NCBI GenBank assembly: GCA_014728035.1
Contig: WJMJ01000120.1
Coordinates: 1 to 34,650 of the forward strand
DNA length: 34,650 nt
From: Promethearchaeota archaeon
GTDB taxonomy: Archaea > Asgardarchaeota > Thorarchaeia > Thorarchaeales > Thorarchaeaceae
Reading direction: 5' to 3'
Below, in pieces: positions 20,281-30,327 of the stretch. The notes beneath the pieces are model-generated. The model saw only the letters and a program-made list of their open reading frames with translations, was not told the origin of the DNA and searched no databases. The translations under genes and the position numbers were made by a program. Position 1 is the stretch's first letter, and the number at the start of each line of letters is the position of its first letter.

Positions 20281-20346
20281 GATTGAATCTTCCGTTCAAA
20301 GTTATTCACTAAGATATAGATATTGAGATTCCAATGGATGTACTAT

Positions 20347-21606
20347 TCAATCTTTCATAGGTTCCACAAGTCTACGTACTTCTTCCGAAGAATGAATAGC
20401 TTTTTTGTAGACTTCATTAATTGAGATTCCTGTGTAAATAAGAGAACATATTGGATCGTATCGGTTGACATGCACTCCAATTGGAGTTCTATCAACAGTT
20501 TCAGGAATTCTTGACAGATCTCCAACCACACCTTTAACCTGCGAATAAACAATCATTTTGCATGCCGCAGTAAATTTGGGTGATTGCCTTGGTAAATATC
20601 CTTCGCATGCATCGACATGTAGTTTTGTGATAGAGACCTTCCCTGCATATTCTAGCATTTCAAGAGTAGCTTGAAATCTTGGATTGATTTCCATAAACCA
20701 GATTCTTTCAGCATCATCAAGAACTACATCAATTCCATTTGAACCTACGAGGCCTAATTCTGTCATCATTCTTTCCGTAGTCCTGGTCAGTTTCTTCCGT
20801 GTTTCAGATTCTATTGAGAACGGCATGAAGTTACCAGAAAATGTGAAATTGCATTTTAGACCCGCACTGGGAAATCCAATCATCTGTCCGTGATACGATA
20901 ATGACATTGCTTTTGTTCCTGTTGACAACAGACTGACTGAGGCATCTTTGCCAGTAACATATTGTTGTATACGCATCCGAGAACCTGGTTGAATTTTCTT
21001 GTATTTAGTAATTAGGTCATCTTGATCTTTGATAAAGCGAATCCCAGAACCACCTCCAGATTCTAACGCACGCAGAATACATGGATAACCTATTTCATCA
21101 GCAATTGAGAGTGAAGTATCTAAAGAATCTGATAATTTTTGCAAAGGAACCCTCAGACCTAGCTCCGTAGCAAGTGTATTGACTTTCTGGAAATCTCTCG
21201 CTAACTTCATTTGCTTGGATGAATTTCCTGAAATTCTATACCGCTTTTCAAGTTCCTTTAAATAAATAGTATAATCATCAAATCCACCTGTGATAAAAAT
21301 GTGGTCGTAATCAGAATGACCGTAGTATTCTAAGAAATTCTGCACTAGGTACTCCTGCATAGGTCGATCTAATTTTTTGCGTTGTCGATATCCCGGCTGG
21401 GGATTTAATACAGAAACCCACTTCTTGACACAAGGCTGAAGATCACTATCACCCCAGTAATCACTCACGAAAACTTTTCCTCCTTGTCGGGCGACAGAAC
21501 ACGCAATTGGTCGAGTGTTAAACCCAAGAATGCCAATATCCTGGTTAGCAAAAAAACAATCATTCATCTTGCAGAATATTAGATTTATACTGATAAGACG
21601 TTCCAT
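20347..21606 (-). CDS. ATP-grasp family protein (COG2232-like; C1-cofactor biosynthesis-associated)
   Basis: DYWGDSDL, SGGGSGI, QQYVTG, GSNGIDV, EINPRFQATL, PICSL. The true start may lie ~13 codons downstream. Confidence 0.8.
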   Translation of the reverse strand: MERLISINLIFCKMNDCFFANQDIGILGFNTRPIACSVARQGGKVFVSDYWGDSDLQPCVKKWVSVLNPQPGYRQRKKLDRPMQEYLVQNFLEYYGHSDYDHIFITGGFDDYTIYLKELEKRYRISGNSSKQMKLARDFQKVNTLATELGLRVPLQKLSDSLDTSLSIADEIGYPCILRALESGGGSGIRFIKDQDDLITKYKKIQPGSRMRIQQYVTGKDASVSLLSTGTKAMSLSYHGQMIGFPSAGLKCNFTFSGNFMPFSIESETRKKLTRTTERMMTELGLVGSNGIDVVLDDAERIWFMEINPRFQATLEMLEYAGKVSITKLHVDACEGYLPRQSPKFTAACKMIVYSQVKGVVGDLSRIPETVDRTPIGVHVNRYDPICSLIYTGISINEVYKKAIHSSEEVRRLVEPMKD

Positions 21607-21644
21607 TCACTAGATTCTTATAGCGTATCTCAGAGTTACAGAAT

Positions 21645-21968
21645 ATGAAACGAATACCTGAAAAAGATATTGAAGGTTCTCGTGTTAAAGGTATCCGCGG
21701 TTTTGTTGAGCTTTACAACATTATTACCCTACCATTTGTTGCTGGAGTTCGGATTGTTTCCGAGGATAGTGAGGTTCCACAACGGGTTCATGCTCATCCC
21801 GAGAAGCAGATTATCTATGTGATTGAGGGTAACCCGATGATAACTAACAGAATGCAAACACTGCATTTGAAACCTGGAGATTTCATTATTTTGGAACCAA
21901 ATGAGAAACATTATATTATTACAGAAAATAACCTGGCAAAGATATTTGAGATAAAGTATCCTGAATGA
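21645..21968 (+). CDS. Cupin domain protein
   Basis: HAHPEKQIIYVIEG ... LKPGD ... PNEKH metal-binding motifs. Confidence 0.88.
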   Translation: MKRIPEKDIEGSRVKGIRGFVELYNIITLPFVAGVRIVSEDSEVPQRVHAHPEKQIIYVIEGNPMITNRMQTLHLKPGDFIILEPNEKHYIITENNLAKIFEIKYPE

Positions 21969-22044
21969 TAAACTACACTGCTCTCGCAAACCTTATACAT
22001 AAGAGTAGTACTGAATTATATGATTTGATTCTAGAGGGAGCAAA

Positions 22045-23625
22045 ATGGCACGCGATAATCTGAGCGAAAAAGAAAAGGCTACCATGCAAGAGTTCCTCAA
22101 GAAGGCCTCGATGACTGAAGATGAGATACGAATGTTAGCTGAAGGTGTTGATGATACCGGAGAATTCGTTAATCCTGTTGATACCGAAGGTGAATTAACT
22201 TCAGCTGCTGCTCTAGCTTTGGAATTCGTCGAAAGTATGGAAAGCCCTGAAGCACCTACCACTGAGATTGAAGATGGCGATGCAGTAGAGGGTTTTGACG
22301 CTTTACTAAAGAAGTTGGAAACTCTTCGTTCAGATATTTCGTCCCTACAACGTGGTGTAGTTGGGGTCTTTGCAGCTCAGTTGTTGAGCTTTCGAGGTAA
22401 AGTGGTTGAACTTCGACATAGAATCTCGGACGAGATGGTCGAAAGATTGCGAATGCAATTCTTCAAGACATTCATCGAGTCAACATTTGTTGAGATAGTA
22501 GATACTGAGTTTGCTTCTCTCGAAAAAGAACTGGTTGACAAAATTGTTGAACAGACACAAGAACGTTTCAAAGAGTTTGCTGGTAAGATTCGAGATTCAT
22601 CCAACGAATTGAAGCAGACCATCATGCAGCAACAAGATATTGTTCGTTCATTCATGAGTACTCTCGAGGAGGAAGCCGCTTCTCAACGACAACAATTAGT
22701 AGACAAAGATATGGAAATACGAAAGTTAGAGATGGAGATCAAGAAACTCCAATCCGAACTCGATACAGATATCGCAAAAGGAACAACAAGAGAGGAACTT
22801 GTTAGAAAAGTAGAAGATTTAGAACAAGATATTGAAGAACTTAACGAGCAAATCTATAGAAAAGATGCCTTGTTAGACCAAAAGAATGAAGAAATTTCAA
22901 CCTACAAAGCCAATGTCGAAGAGATGCAGATTAGAATAGGGGAGTTACAGACACAGATTGAAGTATACAAAGCTGAACAATCCGTCAGCCAACCTGCTAA
23001 ATCTGTTCCTTCTGCTGAACTTGAAGCATTAGAAGCGAAAATATCACTTATCGAAAATGCTCTATCTGAAAAGAGGGCAGAAGCTGAACAGCTATCCAAA
23101 CAATTGAAGGATGCTGAGCGTAGAGCTGAAAAAGCTGAGAAGGATAAGGAGCATGCTGAGAGTGATGCTAAGAAACGCCTTGAAGAACTTGAATCCGTTC
23201 AGGATCGTATTGGAGAAGTTCAAGAGTTAGAAGAGAAAGTGTATAATTTAGAAAATGAACTGAAAGATGCTGTAGCTGACTTGGAGAGAGCTGAGATACA
23301 AAAAGAGGCTTTTGAAAAAGCTACTCGCCTTATGGAGAAGGAGCGAGATATGGCATTGGAAGCTAGAGATCTTGCAAATGAACGAGCTTCAAGATACATC
23401 AAAGTACTCGGAATGGAAAACAATACCAAGGTTCTATTACTGGTAGATGAAGTTGGTTCAATGACATTTGCTTCACTTGGAAAATCATTGGGAGTTCCAA
23501 TGGGTGTAGCAGCTAAAGCAGCTAGAGACCTTGAAAAGCTTGGAGTTCTTAGAATTGAGGATGATACAGCATATTCAACGTTAGAAGATACCGAAATTGA
23601 GGAAGGAGAAATCGAAATCAAGTAA
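22045..23625 (+). CDS. Long coiled-coil protein with C-terminal winged HTH
   Basis: Heptad-rich E/K/L helical region over most of ~aa 85-450. C-terminal GSMTFASLGKSLGV..AARDLEKLGVLRI wHTH. No Walker A motif. Confidence 0.8.
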   Translation: MARDNLSEKEKATMQEFLKKASMTEDEIRMLAEGVDDTGEFVNPVDTEGELTSAAALALEFVESMESPEAPTTEIEDGDAVEGFDALLKKLETLRSDISSLQRGVVGVFAAQLLSFRGKVVELRHRISDEMVERLRMQFFKTFIESTFVEIVDTEFASLEKELVDKIVEQTQERFKEFAGKIRDSSNELKQTIMQQQDIVRSFMSTLEEEAASQRQQLVDKDMEIRKLEMEIKKLQSELDTDIAKGTTREELVRKVEDLEQDIEELNEQIYRKDALLDQKNEEISTYKANVEEMQIRIGELQTQIEVYKAEQSVSQPAKSVPSAELEALEAKISLIENALSEKRAEAEQLSKQLKDAERRAEKAEKDKEHAESDAKKRLEELESVQDRIGEVQELEEKVYNLENELKDAVADLERAEIQKEAFEKATRLMEKERDMALEARDLANERASRYIKVLGMENNTKVLLLVDEVGSMTFASLGKSLGVPMGVAAKAARDLEKLGVLRIEDDTAYSTLEDTEIEEGEIEIK

Positions 23626-23628
23626 CAA

Positions 23629-23982
23629 CTAGAACTTAATTTTTCGATCTCCACCCTTGTATGTATCTACAATATCTGACCAATAATTAGCGAGTTTCTT
23701 TAGAGCTCCTGAGAAGTCCTTTGTTAACCGGTATTCGTTCATTTCTTTACGAACTATACCTACGTCTCGGAGTTTTCTCATAACTTTTACATAGAGACCT
23801 CTGCTTGACAGAACAAATCGTTTCCACTCAGAATCAGGAATGACTCCATCAGACTTCATTATTTCATTGAGTATCTTCGCTGCTTGTTCTACTTGCATTT
23901 CTGTTGTGAAAATATAACGTAGAAGATGTCTCGGGCTAATTAGAGAGGGTCTCTTAACTAGTTCTATCTTTGCCATATCCAA
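23629..23982 (-). CDS. Small winged-helix protein
   Basis: YVKVMRKLRDVGIVRKEMNEYRLT wHTH wing pattern. Confidence 0.7.
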   Translation of the reverse strand: MDMAKIELVKRPSLISPRHLLRYIFTTEMQVEQAAKILNEIMKSDGVIPDSEWKRFVLSSRGLYVKVMRKLRDVGIVRKEMNEYRLTKDFSGALKKLANYWSDIVDTYKGGDRKIKF

Positions 23983-23992
23983 TACCCGAGTA

Positions 23993-24023
23993 TAAAAACC
24001 CGGCTCTGTATTTAGAACCGGGT
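23993..24023 (-). terminator. Hairpin plus T-tract downstream of the HExxH membrane gene
   Basis: Minus strand reads ACCCGGTTCT-AAATAC-AGAGCCGGGT (10-bp stem with one G-U) followed by TTTT. Confidence 0.45.
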
Positions 24024-24034
24024 AATACGCCAGA

Positions 24035-25009
24035 CTACCGTCGCAATTGTTTCACAAATAGAAGCGGAATTACAACCGCCATGAATATACCAATACAAAC
24101 AACAGTCTGAAAAGCTGCAGTTCCAAATCCAAAATACCACATCAGAACACCGCCAATGAGTGTTATCAAAATTGGGAATATGTTGAACGGAGTCTTCAGT
24201 TTGGCCATTGAAGAAATCATGATGAAGAAACCATATCCAATTCCCGCAAAAACCAAACCCAATGCAAACATAACAGCTAACAATTCATACAGACCGAATA
24301 GCAACCAACCAGCTTGTGGTATGAAAAATGCTACACCTAGCCAGATGATATTGAAAACCATGATGTATTTGAGACCATCTCTTGCATTGATTATATCTAC
24401 ATCTGAAGGTGCATTACTGAACATTATTGTCATTGCTAAGAATGCAACAATCCAGAACAGTGGGTTGACCACAGTGAGACCTGCGAAGGTATAGAAGAAA
24501 GAATAAACAAAATCACCAATTAGACCTAATGGATAGATTGGATCAGCTAATAGAGTGGGATTGGCTTTCAACCAAATTAACTCATCTAGTAAATCCAGTG
24601 CTTGCCCTCCTATTCCGGGTGATGAAGGAACAAGGTATGTGATTCCAAGGGCGAAAAATGTGAGCAACGTAAGAGACACTGCTACAGGTGCAAGATTGAT
24701 AACAGCTCTCTTTATTGTGCTTTTTGGATTTCTGTATTTTACGTATCCTAATACTACTTGATCACCTTCTACAGACACATTGATTGGTTTGAATTCCACT
24801 ATTTCAGAACGTGTGAAAATACATCCCAGTGCATGACTCGATTCGTGAAGAGCAACACCAGGACCAACAAGGGCGTACCATGCACGAGAACCCGGATCGT
24901 GTGTGGTTTGGAGATTGAGATGTGCTAATCGTTCCAGGAGCCATCCAAGAAACCAGACTACGTAGAATAGCACTATCCCAAGAATCACGATAGAAAAATA
25001 TCCATTCAT
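24035..25009 (-). CDS. Membrane zinc metalloprotease-like protein (M50-like, HExxH)
   Basis: PGVALHESSH, LGYV, INLAP, APSDVD; many TMs. Confidence 0.75.
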   Translation of the reverse strand: MNGYFSIVILGIVLFYVVWFLGWLLERLAHLNLQTTHDPGSRAWYALVGPGVALHESSHALGCIFTRSEIVEFKPINVSVEGDQVVLGYVKYRNPKSTIKRAVINLAPVAVSLTLLTFFALGITYLVPSSPGIGGQALDLLDELIWLKANPTLLADPIYPLGLIGDFVYSFFYTFAGLTVVNPLFWIVAFLAMTIMFSNAPSDVDIINARDGLKYIMVFNIIWLGVAFFIPQAGWLLFGLYELLAVMFALGLVFAGIGYGFFIMISSMAKLKTPFNIFPILITLIGGVLMWYFGFGTAAFQTVVCIGIFMAVVIPLLFVKQLRR

Positions 25010-25027
25010 CTTGATTCCTCACAAGTC

Positions 25028-25504
25028 TTAATCAAGTCCAAGCTCACGACGTTTTTGTTCCTCGACTTTGTCAACAGCTTCTTTCTTTTTACGTTCCATC
25101 TCTTTTGCTTTCTCTTTCTTTGCTTTCTCAACAAGCTTCTCTTTTTCTTTTTCTAGTTCTTTGATTCTCTTTTCTCTTGCTTTTGCTGCATCTTTAATCC
25201 TTTTACGAAGCTTGTCTGCTTTCTTTTCAAGAGACTTAATTTCATTCTTTTTGTTTTTCTTTGCTTTTTCGTATTCTTTGTCAGCCTCTTTCCAAGATTT
25301 CTCAGCATCTTTCAACCTTGATCGAAGTTCTTCATATGCATCTTTCTTGGATTTTGCAATTGATTTCTTTCGTTCAATTTCAGCATCTAACCTTGCTTCA
25401 ATACCTTGTAGTTCAGTTTCAGTGGTTTTCAATTCAGACTCAAAATTTCTGACATCTGAATCTATTTTCTGAATTTTTTTATCATCAGCGTACTCATCAG
25501 ACAT
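25028..25504 (-). CDS. Highly charged coiled-coil protein
   Basis: K/E/A/R-dominated helical sequence, 158 aa. Confidence 0.75.
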   Translation of the reverse strand: MSDEYADDKKIQKIDSDVRNFESELKTTETELQGIEARLDAEIERKKSIAKSKKDAYEELRSRLKDAEKSWKEADKEYEKAKKNKKNEIKSLEKKADKLRKRIKDAAKAREKRIKELEKEKEKLVEKAKKEKAKEMERKKKEAVDKVEEQKRRELGLD

Positions 25505-25640
25505 TGTTAATCAATTGATGATTTACAAAGTAGTATATCACTTTTTTTAATTTATTTTCAAGATTGAACTAGGAAAAATACGATTGAAAAAGATAAAGTA
25601 CTTGAATTAGAGGGATCTCCATTGGATTAGAGGTATAATA

Positions 25641-26492
25641 TTGAGAAAAGGTGTATCTTGGCCCTTAGCTTGTTGGGGTTGTGGAACTGATAGGGATTTA
25701 CGCGGAACTGAATTATATCTAAAACGACGTGAAAAGAAATCAGAGATAGAATACAAAAGAATAGATTCAGAAGAAACCGATACAAGAAAACCTGCCATAT
25801 TTGCGCCTGCTATCATATGTTTATGTGAAAATTGTAAAGAATATGCAGACCAAGAACAAAAACGAATGACTTCCCTCTATAGAAATACTCTATTCGCGGG
25901 AATTATTCTAACCATCCTTCCAATAATTATTGCATTCTTTCTAAATATAAATCAAATAATGACTATAGACTTAGAAGGAGTTATTGCGCTTTTTTCATCA
26001 GGATTGGTTTTCCTCTGGATTCCAATTCTAATGTTTAAGGATTATAGAGATTATTCACTAGCATCTCCACACCATAGTTTCTATCAATTCCAACTCGGTG
26101 ATGGAGAACTGGCTTCCAAGTATCTATATTTTAGAAGTAAGAGTTTCTTCGAGAAGTTCAAAGGTCTCAACTCACATATTAGATTTGTATATAGAAAACC
26201 TGGCATCTATGTCCAACCACAAGAATCTACCAAATTGGATAGTCTACTCAACAAGATTGGCAATCTTACTTTTTGCTGTTTCTACCTCCTTCCAATTATA
26301 CTTGCAATTGCAATCGGATTTAGTGAACCAAACTGGGGGATAGCAGTAGTATTCATTCTAGCAATCCCACCAATTATTGTATACTTTGGGAGCAAATATT
26401 ATGTTTACAAAATGCAAACTCGTTACATTAGCAAGTGCAAAGAAACCTATCCAGGACTCGAAAGTGACATAGCTATTAGTTTTCTAGGATAA
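25641..26492 (+). CDS. Membrane protein with N-terminal Zn-finger
   Basis: CWGC ... CLCENC, then two pairs of TM helices. Confidence 0.65.
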   Translation: MRKGVSWPLACWGCGTDRDLRGTELYLKRREKKSEIEYKRIDSEETDTRKPAIFAPAIICLCENCKEYADQEQKRMTSLYRNTLFAGIILTILPIIIAFFLNINQIMTIDLEGVIALFSSGLVFLWIPILMFKDYRDYSLASPHHSFYQFQLGDGELASKYLYFRSKSFFEKFKGLNSHIRFVYRKPGIYVQPQESTKLDSLLNKIGNLTFCCFYLLPIILAIAIGFSEPNWGIAVVFILAIPPIIVYFGSKYYVYKMQTRYISKCKETYPGLESDIAISFLG

Positions 26493-26600
26493 CCATTTAT
26501 CCTAATAGTTACTAGCTGTTACCTCTTGTTCCTGCGAAATTTACGCTGAAGTCAAAGTATATACCTATTTTAGAATAAGAAAGCACAGTGAAGTGTAAAC

Positions 26601-26879
26601 ATGATTCCAGTATCTAAATATTTCAATGACGGATCTGGTGATGTCGATTTAAGCTCTAGAAATAAAGAACAGCTTATGAGCAGTGTTTTATACTGTATAA
26701 TTTCAATCGTTCTTTTCAGCATCGCTTTTCTGATACGAGACCCTAATATTGCTAATCTTGTTCCCTTTGGAGACCTTGGAATCATAGCTATAAACGTCAT
26801 CATTATTGTGTCTATTGTATTTCTATGTATTTGGCAAGGAATTCCCTGTTCAAAAATACAGAGAAGAAGAAAACCATAG
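26601..26879 (+). CDS. Small two-TM hypothetical protein
   Basis: Two hydrophobic segments and a basic tail. Confidence 0.5.
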   Translation: MIPVSKYFNDGSGDVDLSSRNKEQLMSSVLYCIISIVLFSIAFLIRDPNIANLVPFGDLGIIAINVIIIVSIVFLCIWQGIPCSKIQRRRKP

Positions 26880-26935
26880 ATTCATGTACTGAAAGTTAGT
26901 ATATCCAAGGGATAACTGAAAAATAGTACTAGGGG

Positions 26936-27466
26936 ATGATTCGAATGATAGACTATATTGGATTAACTAAGACTGATCTGTTCACTTTTTTCAATCTCAG
27001 TGAGATAAACAGGGCGAAGACAGAAGATGAGGTGGTTCGCATTTCTCTTAAGCCTGGTGGATACCAAGAGCATATCGATATTGAGATTAAGGTTGACAAA
27101 GACGGAAGCATCCTGCGAGCAGATTTATTCTTAGATAGGGATTGGATAGGTGATTGGAAATCAGTTAACCCCTTTGGAAAAGATATTGCAAAAAGTTTCA
27201 TCGAATGCATGTATACGAACTTTGAGAAACCACAAATTAGAAGTCTTGTATCCGCTATTTGGACACTGAAGGGAGTGAATGATGAAGTCATATCATTACA
27301 TTCAGAAAGTCGGACAAAATTTGATGCTGAAACCCAAAAAGCTATTGATGTATACACTGGAAAAGAAAAACTCTTTCAGAAGATGTTAGACCATTCTGAA
27401 ATAATGCTAGAGAATGTCAGACACAGAGGAAAAGAAAGACTCCACATCACAATTTCAACATTCTAA
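26936..27466 (+). CDS. Hypothetical protein
   Basis: 176-aa ORF with globular composition; no family recognised. Confidence 0.7.
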   Translation: MIRMIDYIGLTKTDLFTFFNLSEINRAKTEDEVVRISLKPGGYQEHIDIEIKVDKDGSILRADLFLDRDWIGDWKSVNPFGKDIAKSFIECMYTNFEKPQIRSLVSAIWTLKGVNDEVISLHSESRTKFDAETQKAIDVYTGKEKLFQKMLDHSEIMLENVRHRGKERLHITISTF

Positions 27467-27540
27467 ATTCAATTTTGACCTTTTCAGAAATACAAATGAT
27501 ACTGCTTTCGAAAGCGTAAAATGAACACAGATTTGCACAC

Positions 27541-29226
27541 TTGATAATGACGGATTTCATTGAAGTTGCTAAACTATTAGATGGGATACGCGTAGAGAGC
27601 AGTAGAAAAAAGAAGGTCACATCAATTGCATCATTTCTTCGAAAGTTAGAACCAATGTCTATCTATCCAGCAACACTCTTTGTGTCAGGTCGTGTATTTT
27701 CTGAAACCGATTCACGCAATCTCAACTTATCATGGAAAGGAATCAGTAAGGCAATGGAAGAAGCTTTTGGTATAAAACCTGATGATTTAGCTAAGTATTA
27801 TGACGGAGATGCAGGTGAAGCAGTAGAGAACTATCTGAAACAAGATGATCTTATTGTTCAATCTACTCTTTTCTCAGAGCCACTTACTATCCGGTCTGTA
27901 TTTAGAGACCTCAGTCGATTAGCGTCATACTCAGGTAAAGGTTCGAAAAAAGCACGCGAAGGTATCGTCCAGAATATGATTAGTGAAGCTTCACCTCAAG
28001 AAGCGAAGTATATTGTATCTCTTCTTCTTGGTGACTTGCGTACCGGAGTTTCAGAGGGACTCGTGTTAGAATGTATTTCAGAGGCATTTGAAATCGACTC
28101 CCATCTTATAAGACGGGCTCTTGGATTCTTAGGTGACATAGGACGCGTCGCTGAGATAGCTGCTGTGGATGGACAAAGTGGAATTGAAGAGGTCAAGATT
28201 GAAATCTTTACTCCTATCAAACCTATGCTTGCTGTACCGATTGACAATCCTGAAGAACTTCTTGAATCCGAAGATGGCCCATTCAGTTTTGAACCAAAAT
28301 ATGATGGAGCTCGAGTTCAAATCCATATCAATAAAAATAGTTGTCGAATATTCTCTCGCCGTCTCCTTGAGGTAACAGATAGTTTACCAGATATAGTTCA
28401 TCTTGTTCGATCTGTATTTCTGAAAGAAGATGCAATTTTTGATGGGGAGGTCATTGCTGTAAATGAGAATGGTGTCCCGTATCCCTTCCAAGTTGTGATG
28501 CGTCGATTTGGCCGAACAAAAGGAACCGAAGAAGCCAGTAGAAGAGTAAAACTTCAACTCCGAGTATTCGATATCCTTTACCTTAACAGTGAGATGCTTG
28601 TTGATGATGCATATTTCAAACGAAGAGTCAATCTGATAGACTCTTTGCCAGAGGAATATGTCACACCATCGAAAATGATGAAGAATATTGATAGTATCCA
28701 AGAAATGTTTTCTACCAGCAAGAAACAAGGTCACGAGGGCTTAATGATAAAGAAGATCAACTCTCCTTATCAACTTGGCAAACGTGGTAGATATTGGTTC
28801 AAACTCAAGCACAATCTTGAAACCCTTGACTTGGTAATTGTTGCAGCTGAATGGGGACATGGTAGAAGAAATGATTGGTTGTCTGATTACCATCTTGCAG
28901 TCTATGATTCCGAGAATGGAGATTATGTAATGATAGGAAAGACATTCAAGGGTCTCACTGATGCTGAATTTGAACAGATGACTCGACGTCTTCTTTCACT
29001 TGAAACAAGCAGGTCGAAAGGGATAGTGACTGTAAAACCAGAGGTCGTTGTAGAAGTTCTAGCTTCTGAAATTCAAGATAGTCCTACCTATGAATCAGGT
29101 ATGGCTCTTCGGTTTGCAAGGATAGTACATATTCGCGATGATAAAGCACCTAGTGATGCTACCACACTTGAGGATCTTCATTCAATTTACTCTTCTCAAT
29201 TCAAGTACAAGGCTAAGTTAGAATGA
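27541..29226 (+). CDS. lig: ATP-dependent DNA ligase
   Basis: KPMLA, EPKYDGARVQIH (adenylated Lys), FDGEV, FDIL, EGLMIK, WFKLK, LRFAR. Start may be the ATG at 27547. Confidence 0.96.
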   Translation: MIMTDFIEVAKLLDGIRVESSRKKKVTSIASFLRKLEPMSIYPATLFVSGRVFSETDSRNLNLSWKGISKAMEEAFGIKPDDLAKYYDGDAGEAVENYLKQDDLIVQSTLFSEPLTIRSVFRDLSRLASYSGKGSKKAREGIVQNMISEASPQEAKYIVSLLLGDLRTGVSEGLVLECISEAFEIDSHLIRRALGFLGDIGRVAEIAAVDGQSGIEEVKIEIFTPIKPMLAVPIDNPEELLESEDGPFSFEPKYDGARVQIHINKNSCRIFSRRLLEVTDSLPDIVHLVRSVFLKEDAIFDGEVIAVNENGVPYPFQVVMRRFGRTKGTEEASRRVKLQLRVFDILYLNSEMLVDDAYFKRRVNLIDSLPEEYVTPSKMMKNIDSIQEMFSTSKKQGHEGLMIKKINSPYQLGKRGRYWFKLKHNLETLDLVIVAAEWGHGRRNDWLSDYHLAVYDSENGDYVMIGKTFKGLTDAEFEQMTRRLLSLETSRSKGIVTVKPEVVVEVLASEIQDSPTYESGMALRFARIVHIRDDKAPSDATTLEDLHSIYSSQFKYKAKLE

Positions 29227-29606
29227 TTTATTCAAAATCATATCTCTGCAAGTAATAAAACCTGTATCGTTGGACTTTATTTTTGTTCACACTCTGTTTC
29301 ATCTAGATTCTAGTCAATATCCTAAATTGATAGGGAGGTGATACTGGGCATTAGCCTGCGATATTTAGTAAGAAATGCCGATTTTTAGAAGGCTACTTTT
29401 CTTAAGGGGGGTACGGGGGGATTCTGGTAGAGCTTCAGAAAGAAAAAATTAACAATAGTTATTATTTCATATATGAAGTGCTTACTATTTGTTTTTATGA
29501 AACTTAAAATACTCATATCTTGTGAGAAGAACAAATAGTTGCAGATCAATTATGATAATCAAAATAGTATTATAATTCAAATAGTGGGTCTACAACAGTT
29601 AACAAG

Positions 29607-30266
29607 GTGCTTTCTGTGAGTAGAGAGAGATTTGCAAATGATATCGATGAGTTCATCAAAAGACTTACAGATGCATCGGATCAGTCCTACAAGAAAAAAC
29701 TCACTCCAGTAAGAAATCGACTTTTGAAGCTAAAGGAAAGAAATCTTGTAAGAATTAATCATAGCATACTAGAGATATTGTGTGCATGGCATCTGATCAA
29801 ATTAAATTATGATGTTGATGTGGAAAAAAGGATAGGAGATAGCATTCTCATTGCGGATATCATTGCTAGAAATGAAGTGGAAAGTAATTCACTACTTGTA
29901 GAAGTTGAAACTGGTTTTGTACCCCCATCAGCAGCAATGAATCCAAGACATTACAGAATGGTGCGAATTGCATCAAAATTGGCACGATACAGTGGACATT
30001 ACCCAAATTTTGCTTTAGCTACCCCTGTATATCATCTCCTCCAAGTACCCTATACATTGCTCAAGGAACCAGGTTTACGAAGGAAAGGTGAATTATTTCA
30101 ACTCAAAAGACTGTGCGACCAATATTATCAAGATCCACCAATAACCTACGAGGACCTAAAAAAAGCCGAGCTTGATAGAATATTTCTTATGAATGTCGAT
30201 GACCTTGAAGTAACATCTCTCTCTTCAGATTTGTACCTTGAGTTACTTTTGGACCTAGGTGTTTGA
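29607..30266 (+). CDS. Conserved archaeal hypothetical protein, PD-(D/E)XK nuclease-like fold
   Basis: HSILE...VDVEK..IADIIA...LVEVETG resembles restriction-endonuclease-like motifs I-III (E, D, ExE variant). Confidence 0.6.
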   Translation: MLSVSRERFANDIDEFIKRLTDASDQSYKKKLTPVRNRLLKLKERNLVRINHSILEILCAWHLIKLNYDVDVEKRIGDSILIADIIARNEVESNSLLVEVETGFVPPSAAMNPRHYRMVRIASKLARYSGHYPNFALATPVYHLLQVPYTLLKEPGLRRKGELFQLKRLCDQYYQDPPITYEDLKKAELDRIFLMNVDDLEVTSLSSDLYLELLLDLGV

Positions 30267-30291
30267 AATTCACCATTGTTACGTATATACC

Positions 30292-30306
30292 CCAAAACTT
30301 AATTGA
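30292..30306 (+). promoter_or_regulatory. BRE/TATA-like promoter for the downstream structured RNA
   Basis: CCAAAACTTAATTGA. TTAATT begins 29 nt before the RNA's closing stem, similar to the TTAATA-to-start spacing at pfkA (31 nt). Confidence 0.45.
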
Positions 30307-30327
30307 TTATGTGAGTATACTATATTT

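Noticed and set aside
22045-23625. SMC/Rad50 ATPase
   Set aside because: No Walker A/B or signature motif, and no hinge or zinc hook.
25068-25472. Phe/Ser-rich plus-strand ORF and the other short ORFs nested in or antisense to long genes
   Set aside because: Shadow frames of well-supported genes.
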